From contig JBBAOY010000005.1 of NCBI GenBank assembly GCA_040401095.1, positions 4,114-68,113 of the forward strand: a DNA stretch of 64,000 nucleotides, given 5' to 3'. A program made the translations under genes and the position numbers. This document shows, in pieces, positions 50,409-59,208 of this stretch (the stretch's first letter is position 1; every line of letters begins with the position of its first letter). This DNA is from Limnohabitans sp. (lineage in GTDB: Bacteria > Pseudomonadota > Gammaproteobacteria > Burkholderiales > Burkholderiaceae_C). The notes under the pieces were generated by a model. The model worked only from the letters and a program-made list of their open reading frames with translations. It was not told the origin of the DNA and did not search any database.

Positions 50409-52769
50409 ATGCCCACCGCATCCAAATCCAAACAGCCAGCTCCTACCCAGGCCATCAAAAAAGCAGCTCCAAAAGCAGCAGCTAAGCCAACCGCTAAACC
50501 AGTAGCCAAGACAGCTGCTAAACCAGTAGCCAAAGCACCGGCCAAAACTGTAGCTAAATCGCCAGCCAAACCAGTTGCCAAAACTGCGGCTAAGCCTGTC
50601 GCTAAGTCAGTGGCTAAACCGGCTGCCAAAACATCTGCAAAAGTGGTTGCCAAGCCAGCAGCAAAAGCAGTTCCTCCAAAAGCACCTGCGAAAAAACCAG
50701 CCGTCGTTGCCCACGCCCCCAAAGTCACCGGTAAAAAAGCCGCTAAATCTAGTGCCAAAGGCAAAGCAGGCAAAGGCTTAGACGACACAGATTTGAGCGA
50801 CATCGAAGCCGATCTCGAAGGCGAAGAAGTCGCCACCGCAGAAAAAGTCAAACCCCTGCGTATGAAAATCAGCAAGGCGAAAGAACGCGCCTTGATGAAA
50901 GAATTTGGCCTCGACGAGACCGTGCTGTCTGAAGAAGACATGCAAAAGCGCCGTCAACGCCTCAAAACCCTGATCAAACTCGGTAAGACACGCGGCTATT
51001 TGACCCATGGCGAAATCTCTGACCACTTACCCGACAAACTGGTCGATGCTGAGACCATGGAAGTCGTGATTTCCATGTTGAACGACATGGGCGTAGCGGT
51101 TTACGAACACACCCCAGACGCAGAAACTCTGCTCCTCAACAACAACACACCAACTGCCGCCACTGAGGAAGAAGCGGAAGAAGAAGCCGAAGCAGCCCTC
51201 TCCACGGTGGACAGCGAATTCGGTCGCACCACCGACCCCGTGCGCATGTACATGCGCGAAATGGGCACTGTCGAGTTGCTGACCCGCGAAGGCGAAATTG
51301 AAATCGCCAAGCGCATCGAAGGCGGCTTGATGGACATGATGCAAGCGATCAGTGGCTCGCCCGCCACCATCGCTGCCATTCTTGCGATGGCTGACGACAT
51401 CCGCCAAGACAAAGTGGTGATCTCTACCGTGGTCGACGGCTTCAACAATTTGAACGAAGCTGACGACTATGTAGCCGAAGAAGACTTCGACGAATTTGAC
51501 GAAGAAGATGACGACGATGGCAAAGGCGGCTCCAAAGCGCTTACCAAGAAACTAGAAGAGCTCAAAACCCAAGCCCTCGCCCACTTCGACCGCATGCAAA
51601 CGCACTTCGACAAGTTGCGCAAGGTCTACGACAAAGAAGGCTACGGCTCTCCTGCTTATGTCAAAGCCCAACAGGCTTTGACCACAGAGTTGATGACCAT
51701 CCGCTTCACCGCCAAAACCATTGAGAAATTGTGCGAAATGGTGCGTGGTCAAGTCGACGAAGTGCGCAAGAAAGAACGCGAACTGCGTCGCATCATTGTG
51801 GATAAATGCGGCATGCCACAAGCCACGTTTGTCAAAGACTTCCCACCTAACCTACTCAATATCAAATGGGTGGAAAAGCAAGCGTCTGCTGGTAAGACAT
51901 GGTCTGCCACCATGAGCCGCAATATTCCGCCGATCCAAGAGTTGCAGCAAAAACTCATCGACTTGCAATCGCGTGTGGTGGTGCCTTTGGACCAACTCAA
52001 AGACATCAACAAGCGCATGAACGAAGGTGAACGCAGTTCACGCCATGCCAAGAAAGAAATGATCGAAGCCAACTTGCGCTTGGTTATTTCTATCGCTAAA
52101 AAATATACCAACCGTGGTTTGCAGTTCTTAGATTTGATCCAAGAAGGCAACATCGGTTTGATGAAAGCGGTCGACAAGTTCGAATACCGCCGTGGTTATA
52201 AATTCTCCACCTACGCCACATGGTGGATTCGCCAGGCGATCACCCGCTCCATCGCTGATCAAGCGCGCACCATCCGTATTCCTGTACACATGATCGAAAC
52301 CATCAACAAGATGAACCGTATCAGCCGCCAACACTTGCAAGAGTTTGGTTTTGAGCCAGATGCCAGCGTCTTGGCCGAGAAGATGGAAATTCCAGAAGAC
52401 AAAATCCGCAAGATCATGAAGATCGCCAAAGAGCCTATCTCCATGGAAACACCGATCGGTGACGATGACGACAGCCATTTGGGCGACTTCATTGAAGACA
52501 GCGTCAACACCGCGCCCATCGAAGCGGCGATGCAAGCTGGTTTGCGCGATGTCGTCAAAGACATCTTGGACGGCCTCACACCACGCGAAGCCAAAGTGCT
52601 ACGCATGCGTTTTGGTATCGAGATGACCAGCGACCACACCTTGGAAGAAGTCGGCAAACAATTCGACGTCACGCGCGAGCGCATCCGTCAAATCGAAGCC
52701 AAGGCGCTGCGTAAATTGAAGCATCCTAGCCGTAGCGACAAGTTGCGCAGCTTTATTGACACGATTTAA
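50409..52769 (+). CDS. rpoD: RNA polymerase sigma-70 RpoD with about 150-aa A/K/P-rich N-terminal extension
   Basis: Regions 1.1 to 4.2 are present ([87 protein letters not shown]). AGGAG RBS lies 7 nt before the ATG at 50409. Confidence 0.96.
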   Translation: MPTASKSKQPAPTQAIKKAAPKAAAKPTAKPVAKTAAKPVAKAPAKTVAKSPAKPVAKTAAKPVAKSVAKPAAKTSAKVVAKPAAKAVPPKAPAKKPAVVAHAPKVTGKKAAKSSAKGKAGKGLDDTDLSDIEADLEGEEVATAEKVKPLRMKISKAKERALMKEFGLDETVLSEEDMQKRRQRLKTLIKLGKTRGYLTHGEISDHLPDKLVDAETMEVVISMLNDMGVAVYEHTPDAETLLLNNNTPTAATEEEAEEEAEAALSTVDSEFGRTTDPVRMYMREMGTVELLTREGEIEIAKRIEGGLMDMMQAISGSPATIAAILAMADDIRQDKVVISTVVDGFNNLNEADDYVAEEDFDEFDEEDDDDGKGGSKALTKKLEELKTQALAHFDRMQTHFDKLRKVYDKEGYGSPAYVKAQQALTTELMTIRFTAKTIEKLCEMVRGQVDEVRKKERELRRIIVDKCGMPQATFVKDFPPNLLNIKWVEKQASAGKTWSATMSRNIPPIQELQQKLIDLQSRVVVPLDQLKDINKRMNEGERSSRHAKKEMIEANLRLVISIAKKYTNRGLQFLDLIQEGNIGLMKAVDKFEYRRGYKFSTYATWWIRQAITRSIADQARTIRIPVHMIETINKMNRISRQHLQEFGFEPDASVLAEKMEIPEDKIRKIMKIAKEPISMETPIGDDDDSHLGDFIEDSVNTAPIEAAMQAGLRDVVKDILDGLTPREAKVLRMRFGIEMTSDHTLEEVGKQFDVTRERIRQIEAKALRKLKHPSRSDKLRSFIDTI
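50481..50672 (+). repeat. In-frame 12-nt (A-K-x-x) tandem repeat, 16 consecutive units, inside rpoD
   Basis: Counted from the translation: [64 protein letters not shown]. At DNA level there is a visible 24-nt super-period (gctaaaccagtagccaa..). Confidence 0.9.
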
Positions 52770-52810
52770 AGTAAGAACCGACTTGTAAAAATATCTGTAA
52801 GTCATAAAAA

Positions 52811-52850
52811 AACAGGATGCTGGGCTCTCGCTCAGCATCCTGTTTTTCTT
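52811..52850 (+). terminator. Intrinsic terminator after rpoD
   Basis: 12-bp stem AACAGGATGCTG/CAGCATCCTGTT with a 10-nt loop, followed by TTTTCTTTT. Confidence 0.85.
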
Positions 52851-53038
52851 TTATTTTGTCGAAAATTTTATTAGTACATATCGTAGATATTGAAATTCTG
52901 ACTTCCACACATTCAATCAAACAGAATACAAACTTACGATTTAACCCATTAGAAAACCAAGCTTTCCATTAACCAATTCGCAATCACTCATGTGTCCGGC
53001 AATTTGCCGTACAATAAATAGTTCTTAGGAGAAACGCC

Positions 53039-53344
53039 ATGCCCGCTCGATCTATTGCTATGCCACATACATCAAAGCTTCAGTCGGCGCGATTGGAGGC
53101 TCGTATCAGTCAAGATTTACACATGACCGTTAAACGTGCTGCGGAAATTCAAGGTAGGACCATGACCGATTTTGTGGTCCACGCGCTGCAAATAGCGGCC
53201 AATAAAACTATAGCCCAAGCGGATCATGTCCGTTTGTCTGTCGCAGACCAAGAAGCCTTTGCTAATGCCCTGATTGCACCAGCAAAGCCGAATGCAGCAC
53301 TTAAAAGAGCCTTTGCCAAGGCTAACAAACTATTGATCGCTTAA
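53039..53344 (+). CDS. DUF1778 (TacA-like, RHH) type II antitoxin
   Basis: 101 aa. RLEARISQDLHMTVKRAAEIQGRTMTDFVVHALQIAA is the DUF1778 ribbon-helix-helix core. RBS AGGAGA. The stop overlaps the toxin ATG (TAATG). Confidence 0.8.
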   Translation: MPARSIAMPHTSKLQSARLEARISQDLHMTVKRAAEIQGRTMTDFVVHALQIAANKTIAQADHVRLSVADQEAFANALIAPAKPNAALKRAFAKANKLLIA

Positions 53345-53844
53345 TGGCGCATAAGTTTGTTGTCACCTCGCTGGATCTCTCCAGCGATCGCTTTTCCTTT
53401 GCCTGCGGCATAACTCCTTTGGACAAATATTTCCAAACGCAGGTAAGCCAAGACATCAAGCGACGTGTGACCGCATGTTTTGTGGCCTCAGACGCGTATG
53501 GAAAAATTGCTGGTTACTACACGCTTGCTTCTGCCAGCGTGATGTTGGCAGATTTACCTGAAGTACTTGTTAAAAAACTGCCACGTTACCCTAGCGTGCC
53601 TGCGGTGCGTATGGGCAGACTTGCTGTCGACCATACTTTCAAGAGAAAAGGCTTAGGTGCTGCAATGCTGGCTGATGCATTGCGCAGAGCAGTGACGTCA
53701 GAGATTGCTGCCTATGCTTTTATCGTTGATGCTAAAGATGAAGACGCCGCCAGTTTTTATGCGCATCACGGATTCATGGCTCTGACAAATCACCCATTGC
53801 ACATGTTTATTGCGCTTGCGACAGTGAAAGATTTGATTCAGTAA
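53344..53844 (+). CDS. GNAT-family acetyltransferase toxin (TacT-like)
   Basis: 166 aa. FACGITPLDKYFQTQVSQDIKRRVTACFV and the acetyl-CoA motif RLAVDHTFKRKGLGAAML. Pairs with the DUF1778 gene upstream. Confidence 0.8.
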   Translation: MAHKFVVTSLDLSSDRFSFACGITPLDKYFQTQVSQDIKRRVTACFVASDAYGKIAGYYTLASASVMLADLPEVLVKKLPRYPSVPAVRMGRLAVDHTFKRKGLGAAMLADALRRAVTSEIAAYAFIVDAKDEDAASFYAHHGFMALTNHPLHMFIALATVKDLIQ

Positions 53845-53915
53845 AGAGTGCAACAGCCAAAAAACGTTGCACCGTTGTAGCGCTTTACTGACAAAGCGAC
53901 ATCCATTTCAGTTGG

Positions 53916-54917
53916 CTACACAAACTCTTCTGTATCCACTTCAATCGCACTCTGCGCGTTATAGCGCGCACCTTTTACTGTGTGTTGGTTCACCAAAGCA
54001 TCTAGCTCTAGCATCTGCTGGGCAGATAAGTGCACATCCAAGGATTGCATGTTTTCTTCTAAGTGAGTAATGTTTTGCGTTCCAGGAATTGGAATCAGCG
54101 AACTGTCTTTTTGCAACAACCAAGCCAGCGCCAATTGCGCTGGAGTACAACCTACTTTGGCTGCATAGGCTTGGTAGGCTTTGCGTAAAGGCAAGTTGGC
54201 CGTATAGGTATCTTGTACAAAACGCGGCATGGTGCGGCGAATGTCTTTTTCTGCAAACTGGTCAATCGCCAAATCGCCAGCACATAAAAACCCACGCGCT
54301 ACGGGGCTAAACGCCACGAAAGTTACGCCCAATTCTTTACAGGCTTGCAGCACTGCAATTTCAGGATTACGCGTCCACAAAGAGTATTCGGTTTGCAAGG
54401 CGGTGATGGGATGCACCGCATGCGCTTTGCGCAAAGTACTTGCAGATACCTCGCTCAAACCAAGGGTTCTAACTTTGCCCGCGCGCACCAAATCGCTCAT
54501 CGCGCCCACACTCTCTTCAATCGGGACTTTCTTGTCCCAGCGGTGTAGGTAATACAAGTCAATCACCTCTGTGCCTAATCGGCTCAAACTGTCTTCACAG
54601 TTTTTACGAATAGTCTCTGGTCTGCCATCGATCACGCGTTTCACGCCATCGGGGAACTCGACTCCGGCCATACCGCCTTTGCTACAAAGCGTGATTTTTT
54701 GGCGGTGTGCTTTTAAGGCTTTTCCCACTAATTTTTCGTTGGCACCAAAACCATAAATCGCTGCGGTATCAAATAGCGTGACGCCAATATCCAAGGCTTT
54801 GTGTATCAATGCCTCACCCACTTCAGCAGTTGGTGGCGTGCCATAGGCATGGCTCAAGTTCATACACCCCAAACCAATGGCAGAAACAGTGAAAGGGCCG
54901 AGTTGACGTTGTTGCAT
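53916..54917 (-). CDS. Aldo/keto reductase
   Basis: MQQRQLGPFTVSAIGLGCMNLSHAYG...LFDTAAIYG...YYLHRWD are AKR signatures. Start set to ATG 54917, 5 nt after the upstream stop. Confidence 0.87.
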   Translation of the reverse strand: MQQRQLGPFTVSAIGLGCMNLSHAYGTPPTAEVGEALIHKALDIGVTLFDTAAIYGFGANEKLVGKALKAHRQKITLCSKGGMAGVEFPDGVKRVIDGRPETIRKNCEDSLSRLGTEVIDLYYLHRWDKKVPIEESVGAMSDLVRAGKVRTLGLSEVSASTLRKAHAVHPITALQTEYSLWTRNPEIAVLQACKELGVTFVAFSPVARGFLCAGDLAIDQFAEKDIRRTMPRFVQDTYTANLPLRKAYQAYAAKVGCTPAQLALAWLLQKDSSLIPIPGTQNITHLEENMQSLDVHLSAQQMLELDALVNQHTVKGARYNAQSAIEVDTEEFV

Positions 54918-54922
54918 AAAAG

Positions 54923-55813
54923 TTAAGCCTTGTGTGGACGTGTCCAAGATGGGAGAGGTGCAGATCGGTGCAGCACATCATTGTGCAACCAAGTCGCACT
55001 TTTTTTAGCGCGCTCTGCGACGGTGCTTAATGGTAGTTGTTGGTAATCGTCGTTGAACACTTCAAAACTGTAGTCGCCGCGATAACCAATACGGTCTAGG
55101 CGCATCACCAAATCAGCCAAGTCTTCGCTGTGCACGCCTTCACCAGGAAACACACGGAAAGTTCGTGCCGTTGTCATGCGCTCTTCAAACGTTGGTGTCT
55201 CGTTCCACATGAAGTCTGACAACTGCACAAGAAAGATTTTTTCTGGATCTAAATCTTCGATGGCGTCTAACGATGTTTTAGCCGCGAAGATATGAAATGA
55301 ATCTAAGCCAATGCCTAAATTAGGACAGTCTGCGCGACACACCACATCCCAAGACGTGGTGAATTCGTTGACTGTTCTTCCCCAAGACAAGCCCTCATAG
55401 GCAACCTTGATTCCAAGCGGCAAGGCCAACATGGCGAGTTTTTTCAAATCTCTGGCAATGTGGTCTAAATCGTCTGTAGCGTGGCGCGAGGAAGAAGAAC
55501 ACGCCAACAGCACTTTGCTACCCGTTGCGGCACACATCTCCAACATCGATTTCGCAATATCTACTTTGTAGCTATGCAAATGACCAGAGAGGCCTTCGAA
55601 ATCACGCAACACTTGAAAGCCTGTGGGTCGCAAGCCACTGGCTTGAATGACCTTTACGGCTTCAGGCACGCCACCAGGATGCCCGACCAAATCACGCGCC
55701 ATCAACATCACTTGCGAAAAACCTGCTTGCTTCATGGCAGACAACTTGGCATCTAATGAGCCCGCCATCGTGATCGTGTCCATGCCAAAGCCATCGAGCA
55801 AATTCATGGCCAT
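54923..55813 (-). CDS. Xylose-isomerase-like TIM-barrel protein, 3-dehydroshikimate dehydratase catalytic-domain homologue (QuiC/QsuB N-domain type)
   Basis: 296 aa. Sugar-phosphate isomerase/epimerase fold (GFSQVMLMARDL, KVAYEGLSWG, LVQLSDF). Context with aroQ and a shikimate dehydrogenase paralogue. Confidence 0.72.
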   Translation of the reverse strand: MAMNLLDGFGMDTITMAGSLDAKLSAMKQAGFSQVMLMARDLVGHPGGVPEAVKVIQASGLRPTGFQVLRDFEGLSGHLHSYKVDIAKSMLEMCAATGSKVLLACSSSSRHATDDLDHIARDLKKLAMLALPLGIKVAYEGLSWGRTVNEFTTSWDVVCRADCPNLGIGLDSFHIFAAKTSLDAIEDLDPEKIFLVQLSDFMWNETPTFEERMTTARTFRVFPGEGVHSEDLADLVMRLDRIGYRGDYSFEVFNDDYQQLPLSTVAERAKKSATWLHNDVLHRSAPLPSWTRPHKA

Positions 55814-55816
55814 CCC

Positions 55817-56707
55817 TTACGCAGAAGATTTGGTTTGATGGACCAATTCAAACGACACCGAACCCAACATGCCGCGCGTCAGTGCGCCTCTGTCTTCTGG
55901 GTGCAGTTGACTGGACTCCACAAACTCCACACCTTGGGCTTTGAGCACTTTGACTGCCGCGCCCACATCTGCCACCCCTAAGCCAATGCGTTGCAAGGAC
56001 TCTGGCGATTCGTCGCCATCCATCCAAGGCTCGGGCTCAATGAGTTGCCATAAAAACTGACCACAAGGGCTTTTCATCAACTTACCCTTGGGCAAAATGC
56101 CAAAGCGCTGGTCATCTGGAATAAATGTGAAATCGAAAATATTTTCAAAATACGCCAACCAGTCTGCACTGCGTCCAACGCCGATGTACTGCACCACGCC
56201 AAAGTAAGACATGTCAGCGATCGACTTGGGGTGTTGGTCTACTGTGGGAATAGGTTTGAAGTCAATGTCGTAGATGGAGAATTCTTTCCATCGATCGACA
56301 AAATAAAACCGTGTGCTGCCGGGGCCGTGGATCGCAGGAATATGTAACTCCATCGCTTGCGCATGACTAGGTACCGTCCATGCACCTAGCTCTATGCAAC
56401 GGGTATGCGCCTTCAAAGCATCGTGCACACGAAATGCCACCGCAGAAATAACCGGTTTGCCATCTGCTGCACCACTCATACGTGCGTCCTCAGGGTTGGC
56501 ATTGACCACCAAATTCATGCCGCCTTGGCGGTATAAAGTCACTTCACGTGAACGGTGACGCGCCACCGGTTTAAAACCCATATTCTCCAACACTTGGCCT
56601 AATGCTTGTGGATGCGACGTGGTGTATTCGATGAACTCAATCCCCTCAACACCAAGGCGGTTGGGGGTTTCAGGGACAGCTTCTCTGTGAAGTGGATTGG
56701 TATTCAT
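55817..56707 (-). CDS. 4-hydroxyphenylpyruvate-dioxygenase-like VOC-fold protein (stand-alone counterpart of the QuiC/QsuB C-domain)
   Basis: 296 aa with two VOC modules (GIEFIEYTT...GFKPVARHRS; IGLGVADVGAAVKVLKAQGVEFV). Stops 3 nt before the TIM-barrel gene ATG (TAAGGGATG). Confidence 0.68.
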   Translation of the reverse strand: MNTNPLHREAVPETPNRLGVEGIEFIEYTTSHPQALGQVLENMGFKPVARHRSREVTLYRQGGMNLVVNANPEDARMSGAADGKPVISAVAFRVHDALKAHTRCIELGAWTVPSHAQAMELHIPAIHGPGSTRFYFVDRWKEFSIYDIDFKPIPTVDQHPKSIADMSYFGVVQYIGVGRSADWLAYFENIFDFTFIPDDQRFGILPKGKLMKSPCGQFLWQLIEPEPWMDGDESPESLQRIGLGVADVGAAVKVLKAQGVEFVESSQLHPEDRGALTRGMLGSVSFELVHQTKSSA

Positions 56708-56757
56708 CGAAGACTCCTAACAACAACTAATAGGTAGATTAGACCAAACAGCGCAAA

Positions 56758-57591
56758 TCATTCGAGTTGCGCTACTTCGCGTAAATTCTCTGCCGTCGTA
56801 GTGGCAAAACCAAAAAATTCCAAGTAGGCAGGAATTTGTTCAAACAACATGTCTGAACCTACTTGCACACGGCAACCTCGGTCTTGGACCGCTTTCAGAA
56901 ATGCTGTGATTTCTGTACGCATCACCACTTCACCTACAAAAGCATCTGTAGAAATACGCGAAACGTCCATCGGCAATGGGTCGCCTTCTTTCATCCCCAT
57001 AGGCGTGGCGTTGACCACCAAGTCGTGATCGGCAGGGTCATTCGATCCGCAACGCACCTCAATCGCAGGGTAGTGTCGCTTCAAGCGATCTCCTAATGCT
57101 TGGGCAGAAACTGTATTGACATCAAACAAAGAAATAGCAGCGATGCCAGTTGCAGCGAGTGATGCGGCAATCGCACTGCCCACGCCGCCACTGCCCACCA
57201 CCAAAACACGTTTACCCTTTAAATCAAAACCTTTGCGTTGCACACCGCGCACAAAACCTGCGCCGTCAAACATGTCTCCCACTAAGCGTCCGTCGCTGGT
57301 GCGTTTCACAGCATTGCAGGCACCCGCTACTTTCACTGTCGCGGTCACTTCATCCAGCAACGACACCGTCGTAACTTTATGCGGCATGGTGATAAGCGCG
57401 CCTCGGATATTGGCGAGGTCAAACACCGACTTTAAAAATGCGGGGTAATGCTCTGTCTGACACCCCATAGGCACGACCACAGCATTGATACCTGCCTGTT
57501 CGAAATAGGGGTTATAAATTAGCGGCGACTTGAATGCGTGTGTCGGATACCCAATGTGTGCGATCAGTTCAGTATTGCCATTGATCGTCAT
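56758..57591 (-). CDS. Shikimate/quinate dehydrogenase paralogue (AroE family)
   Basis: IGYPTHAFKSPLIYNPYF, ITMPHK, GACNAV, and the Rossmann motif VVGSGGVGSAIA. Confidence 0.85.
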   Translation of the reverse strand: MTINGNTELIAHIGYPTHAFKSPLIYNPYFEQAGINAVVVPMGCQTEHYPAFLKSVFDLANIRGALITMPHKVTTVSLLDEVTATVKVAGACNAVKRTSDGRLVGDMFDGAGFVRGVQRKGFDLKGKRVLVVGSGGVGSAIAASLAATGIAAISLFDVNTVSAQALGDRLKRHYPAIEVRCGSNDPADHDLVVNATPMGMKEGDPLPMDVSRISTDAFVGEVVMRTEITAFLKAVQDRGCRVQVGSDMLFEQIPAYLEFFGFATTTAENLREVAQLE

Positions 57592-57594
57592 GTT

Positions 57595-58038
57595 TTACTT
57601 AGCACCCTTTGCCGCCGATACCGCCGCACGCAGGGCCAATAAATAGCTGTCTGCACCAAATCCACAAATTTGGCCTTGGACAATCTCAGCAAAGACAGAC
57701 TTGTGGCGGAATTCTTCACGCGCATGGATATTGGACATGTGCAACTCAACAATGGGACACGTCAAAATAGCCAGTGCATCGCGAATGCCATAGCTGTAAT
57801 GCGTCCATGCACCAGCGTTGATTAACACTGCATTAACACCATCCAGGAAACCTTTGTGGATGCGTTCGCACATCGCACCTTCGTGATTCGTTTGGAAGCA
57901 ATCGACCTCAGCGCCCAACTCTTTGCCTAGTTTTTGTAGGCTGGTATTGATTTCGTTCAACGTGATAATGCCGTATTGCGCAGGGTCACGCTTACCAAAC
58001 ATGTCATGGTTTATTCCATGGAGCATCAAAATCTTCAT
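57595..58038 (-). CDS. aroQ: Type II 3-dehydroquinate dehydratase
   Basis: MKILMLHGINHDMFGKRDPAQYG...INAGAWTHYSYGIRDAL...VELHMSNIHAREEFRH. Confidence 0.94.
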   Translation of the reverse strand: MKILMLHGINHDMFGKRDPAQYGIITLNEINTSLQKLGKELGAEVDCFQTNHEGAMCERIHKGFLDGVNAVLINAGAWTHYSYGIRDALAILTCPIVELHMSNIHAREEFRHKSVFAEIVQGQICGFGADSYLLALRAAVSAAKGAK

Positions 58039-58066
58039 ACAAACCACCCTTCAAAAAATACAAAAA

Positions 58067-58112
58067 GGGGGTGACTTCAGTCAAACCCCCGACATGCGCC
58101 ATTTTGGCGCAT
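58067..58112 (-). terminator. Two hairpins after dctP, the second followed by a T-run (internal terminator/attenuator before aroQ)
   Basis: Minus strand reads ATGCGCCA-aaa-TGGCGCAT, then GGGGGT-ttgactgaagtc-ACCCCC followed by TTTTTGTATTTTTT. Confidence 0.6.
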
Positions 58113-58124
58113 GATCCATCTCAG

Positions 58125-59120
58125 TTATTTACGCAGTTTGGCTAATTCAGCTTGCAATTCAGTAACCGTCGCGGCAATAGCTTCTCCGTTCTTGACAATC
58201 ACAGGCTTCATTTTTTCGCGAAGAATGGCCATTTCAGCTGCTGGTAGTGTGGTCACTTCCATGCCATTTTTCTTCAATGTTTCTAAAGTGCCGGCTTCTA
58301 AAGCGCGTGCAGTGGTGCGTTGGAACTTAGCAGACTCAGTCACAGCGTCAGACACAATCTTCTTTTCAGAAGCACTCAAACCATCCCAAAACTTTTTGCT
58401 CATCACAACAGATTGAGGGTTGTATTGGTGGCCCGTCAGTGTCAGATGTTTTTGAACTTCAAAAAGTTTGGCACCAAAAATAGTGGCCAGTGGATTTTCT
58501 TGACCGTCTACAGCCTTTTGTTCCAATGCGGCATACAACTCAGGGAATGGCAGCGGTGTGGGGTTTGCGCCCAAAGCCTTGACCCAGTCCACATTGATAG
58601 GGTTAGGAATGACACGCAACTTCAAACCTTCAATGTCAGCGACTTTGTTGATCGCACGCTTACCGTTGGTCATGTTGCGAAAGCCAAGCTCGTAATAGCC
58701 TAAGCCGACCATGCCTTTGTCTTCCAATTTGGAATGCATCTTGTGGCCAAAAGCACCGTCAACCACGGCGTCGGCTTCTTTGCCATTGGCAAACATGAAA
58801 GGGAAATCAAATACAGCAAAGTCTTTGACTTGGCTGGCAAAGATGCCCGAGTTCATTGCGGCCATTTCTAACGTGCCGCCTTGAATGGCCGATACATTTG
58901 CTTGGTCGCTGCCCAATGCACCACCAGGGAAAAGGTTGACTTTGATCTTTCCAGCAGATTGTTTTTCAACAATCTCTTTAAATTTTTCCATGCCTTGAAC
59001 AATGGGATGGCCCACGGCATTTTGGTTCGCAAATTTGATCGTCTTGTCTTGGGCCAAAGCCATGCCCATAGCAGCCAAGGCCACTGAAGCGATCACAGTT
59101 TTAATAAATACACGTTTCAT
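58125..59120 (-). CDS. dctP: TRAP transporter substrate-binding protein (DctP family)
   Basis: Signal peptide MKRVFIKTVIASVALAAMGMALAQ followed by the DctP fold. The ATG at 59120 has GGAGA 7 nt upstream. The track ORF starts at 59195. Confidence 0.88.
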   Translation of the reverse strand: MKRVFIKTVIASVALAAMGMALAQDKTIKFANQNAVGHPIVQGMEKFKEIVEKQSAGKIKVNLFPGGALGSDQANVSAIQGGTLEMAAMNSGIFASQVKDFAVFDFPFMFANGKEADAVVDGAFGHKMHSKLEDKGMVGLGYYELGFRNMTNGKRAINKVADIEGLKLRVIPNPINVDWVKALGANPTPLPFPELYAALEQKAVDGQENPLATIFGAKLFEVQKHLTLTGHQYNPQSVVMSKKFWDGLSASEKKIVSDAVTESAKFQRTTARALEAGTLETLKKNGMEVTTLPAAEMAILREKMKPVIVKNGEAIAATVTELQAELAKLRK

Positions 59121-59208
59121 ATCCATGTCTCCTGATGAAATCTGTGGTCGTACGCGAAAAAGAATTTCCACTGCCTTGCGTACCCGAACAGACAATGGAA
59201 TGGAAAAA

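Noticed and set aside
50481-50672. Tandem 12/24-nt repeats as a possible CRISPR array or non-coding VNTR
   Set aside because: The period is far too short and there are no unique spacers. The repeats are perfectly in frame within rpoD downstream of a good RBS.
50321-50941. 206-aa minus-strand ORF ([15 protein letters not shown]...) opposite the rpoD 5' region
   Set aside because: It is the mirror image of the A-K-x-x repeat. GCN/AAR codons read antisense give G/L/A/F runs with no stops. This is a compositional artefact and has no RBS.
52851-53915. Direct repeats, att sites or integrase remnants flanking the TA cassette
   Set aside because: I compared both flanks by eye. I found only a trivial 6-bp ATCGTA/TACGAT dyad and no flanking direct repeats or recombinase gene. 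A mobile-element call is therefore unsupported, and only the AT-rich flank remains as a hint.
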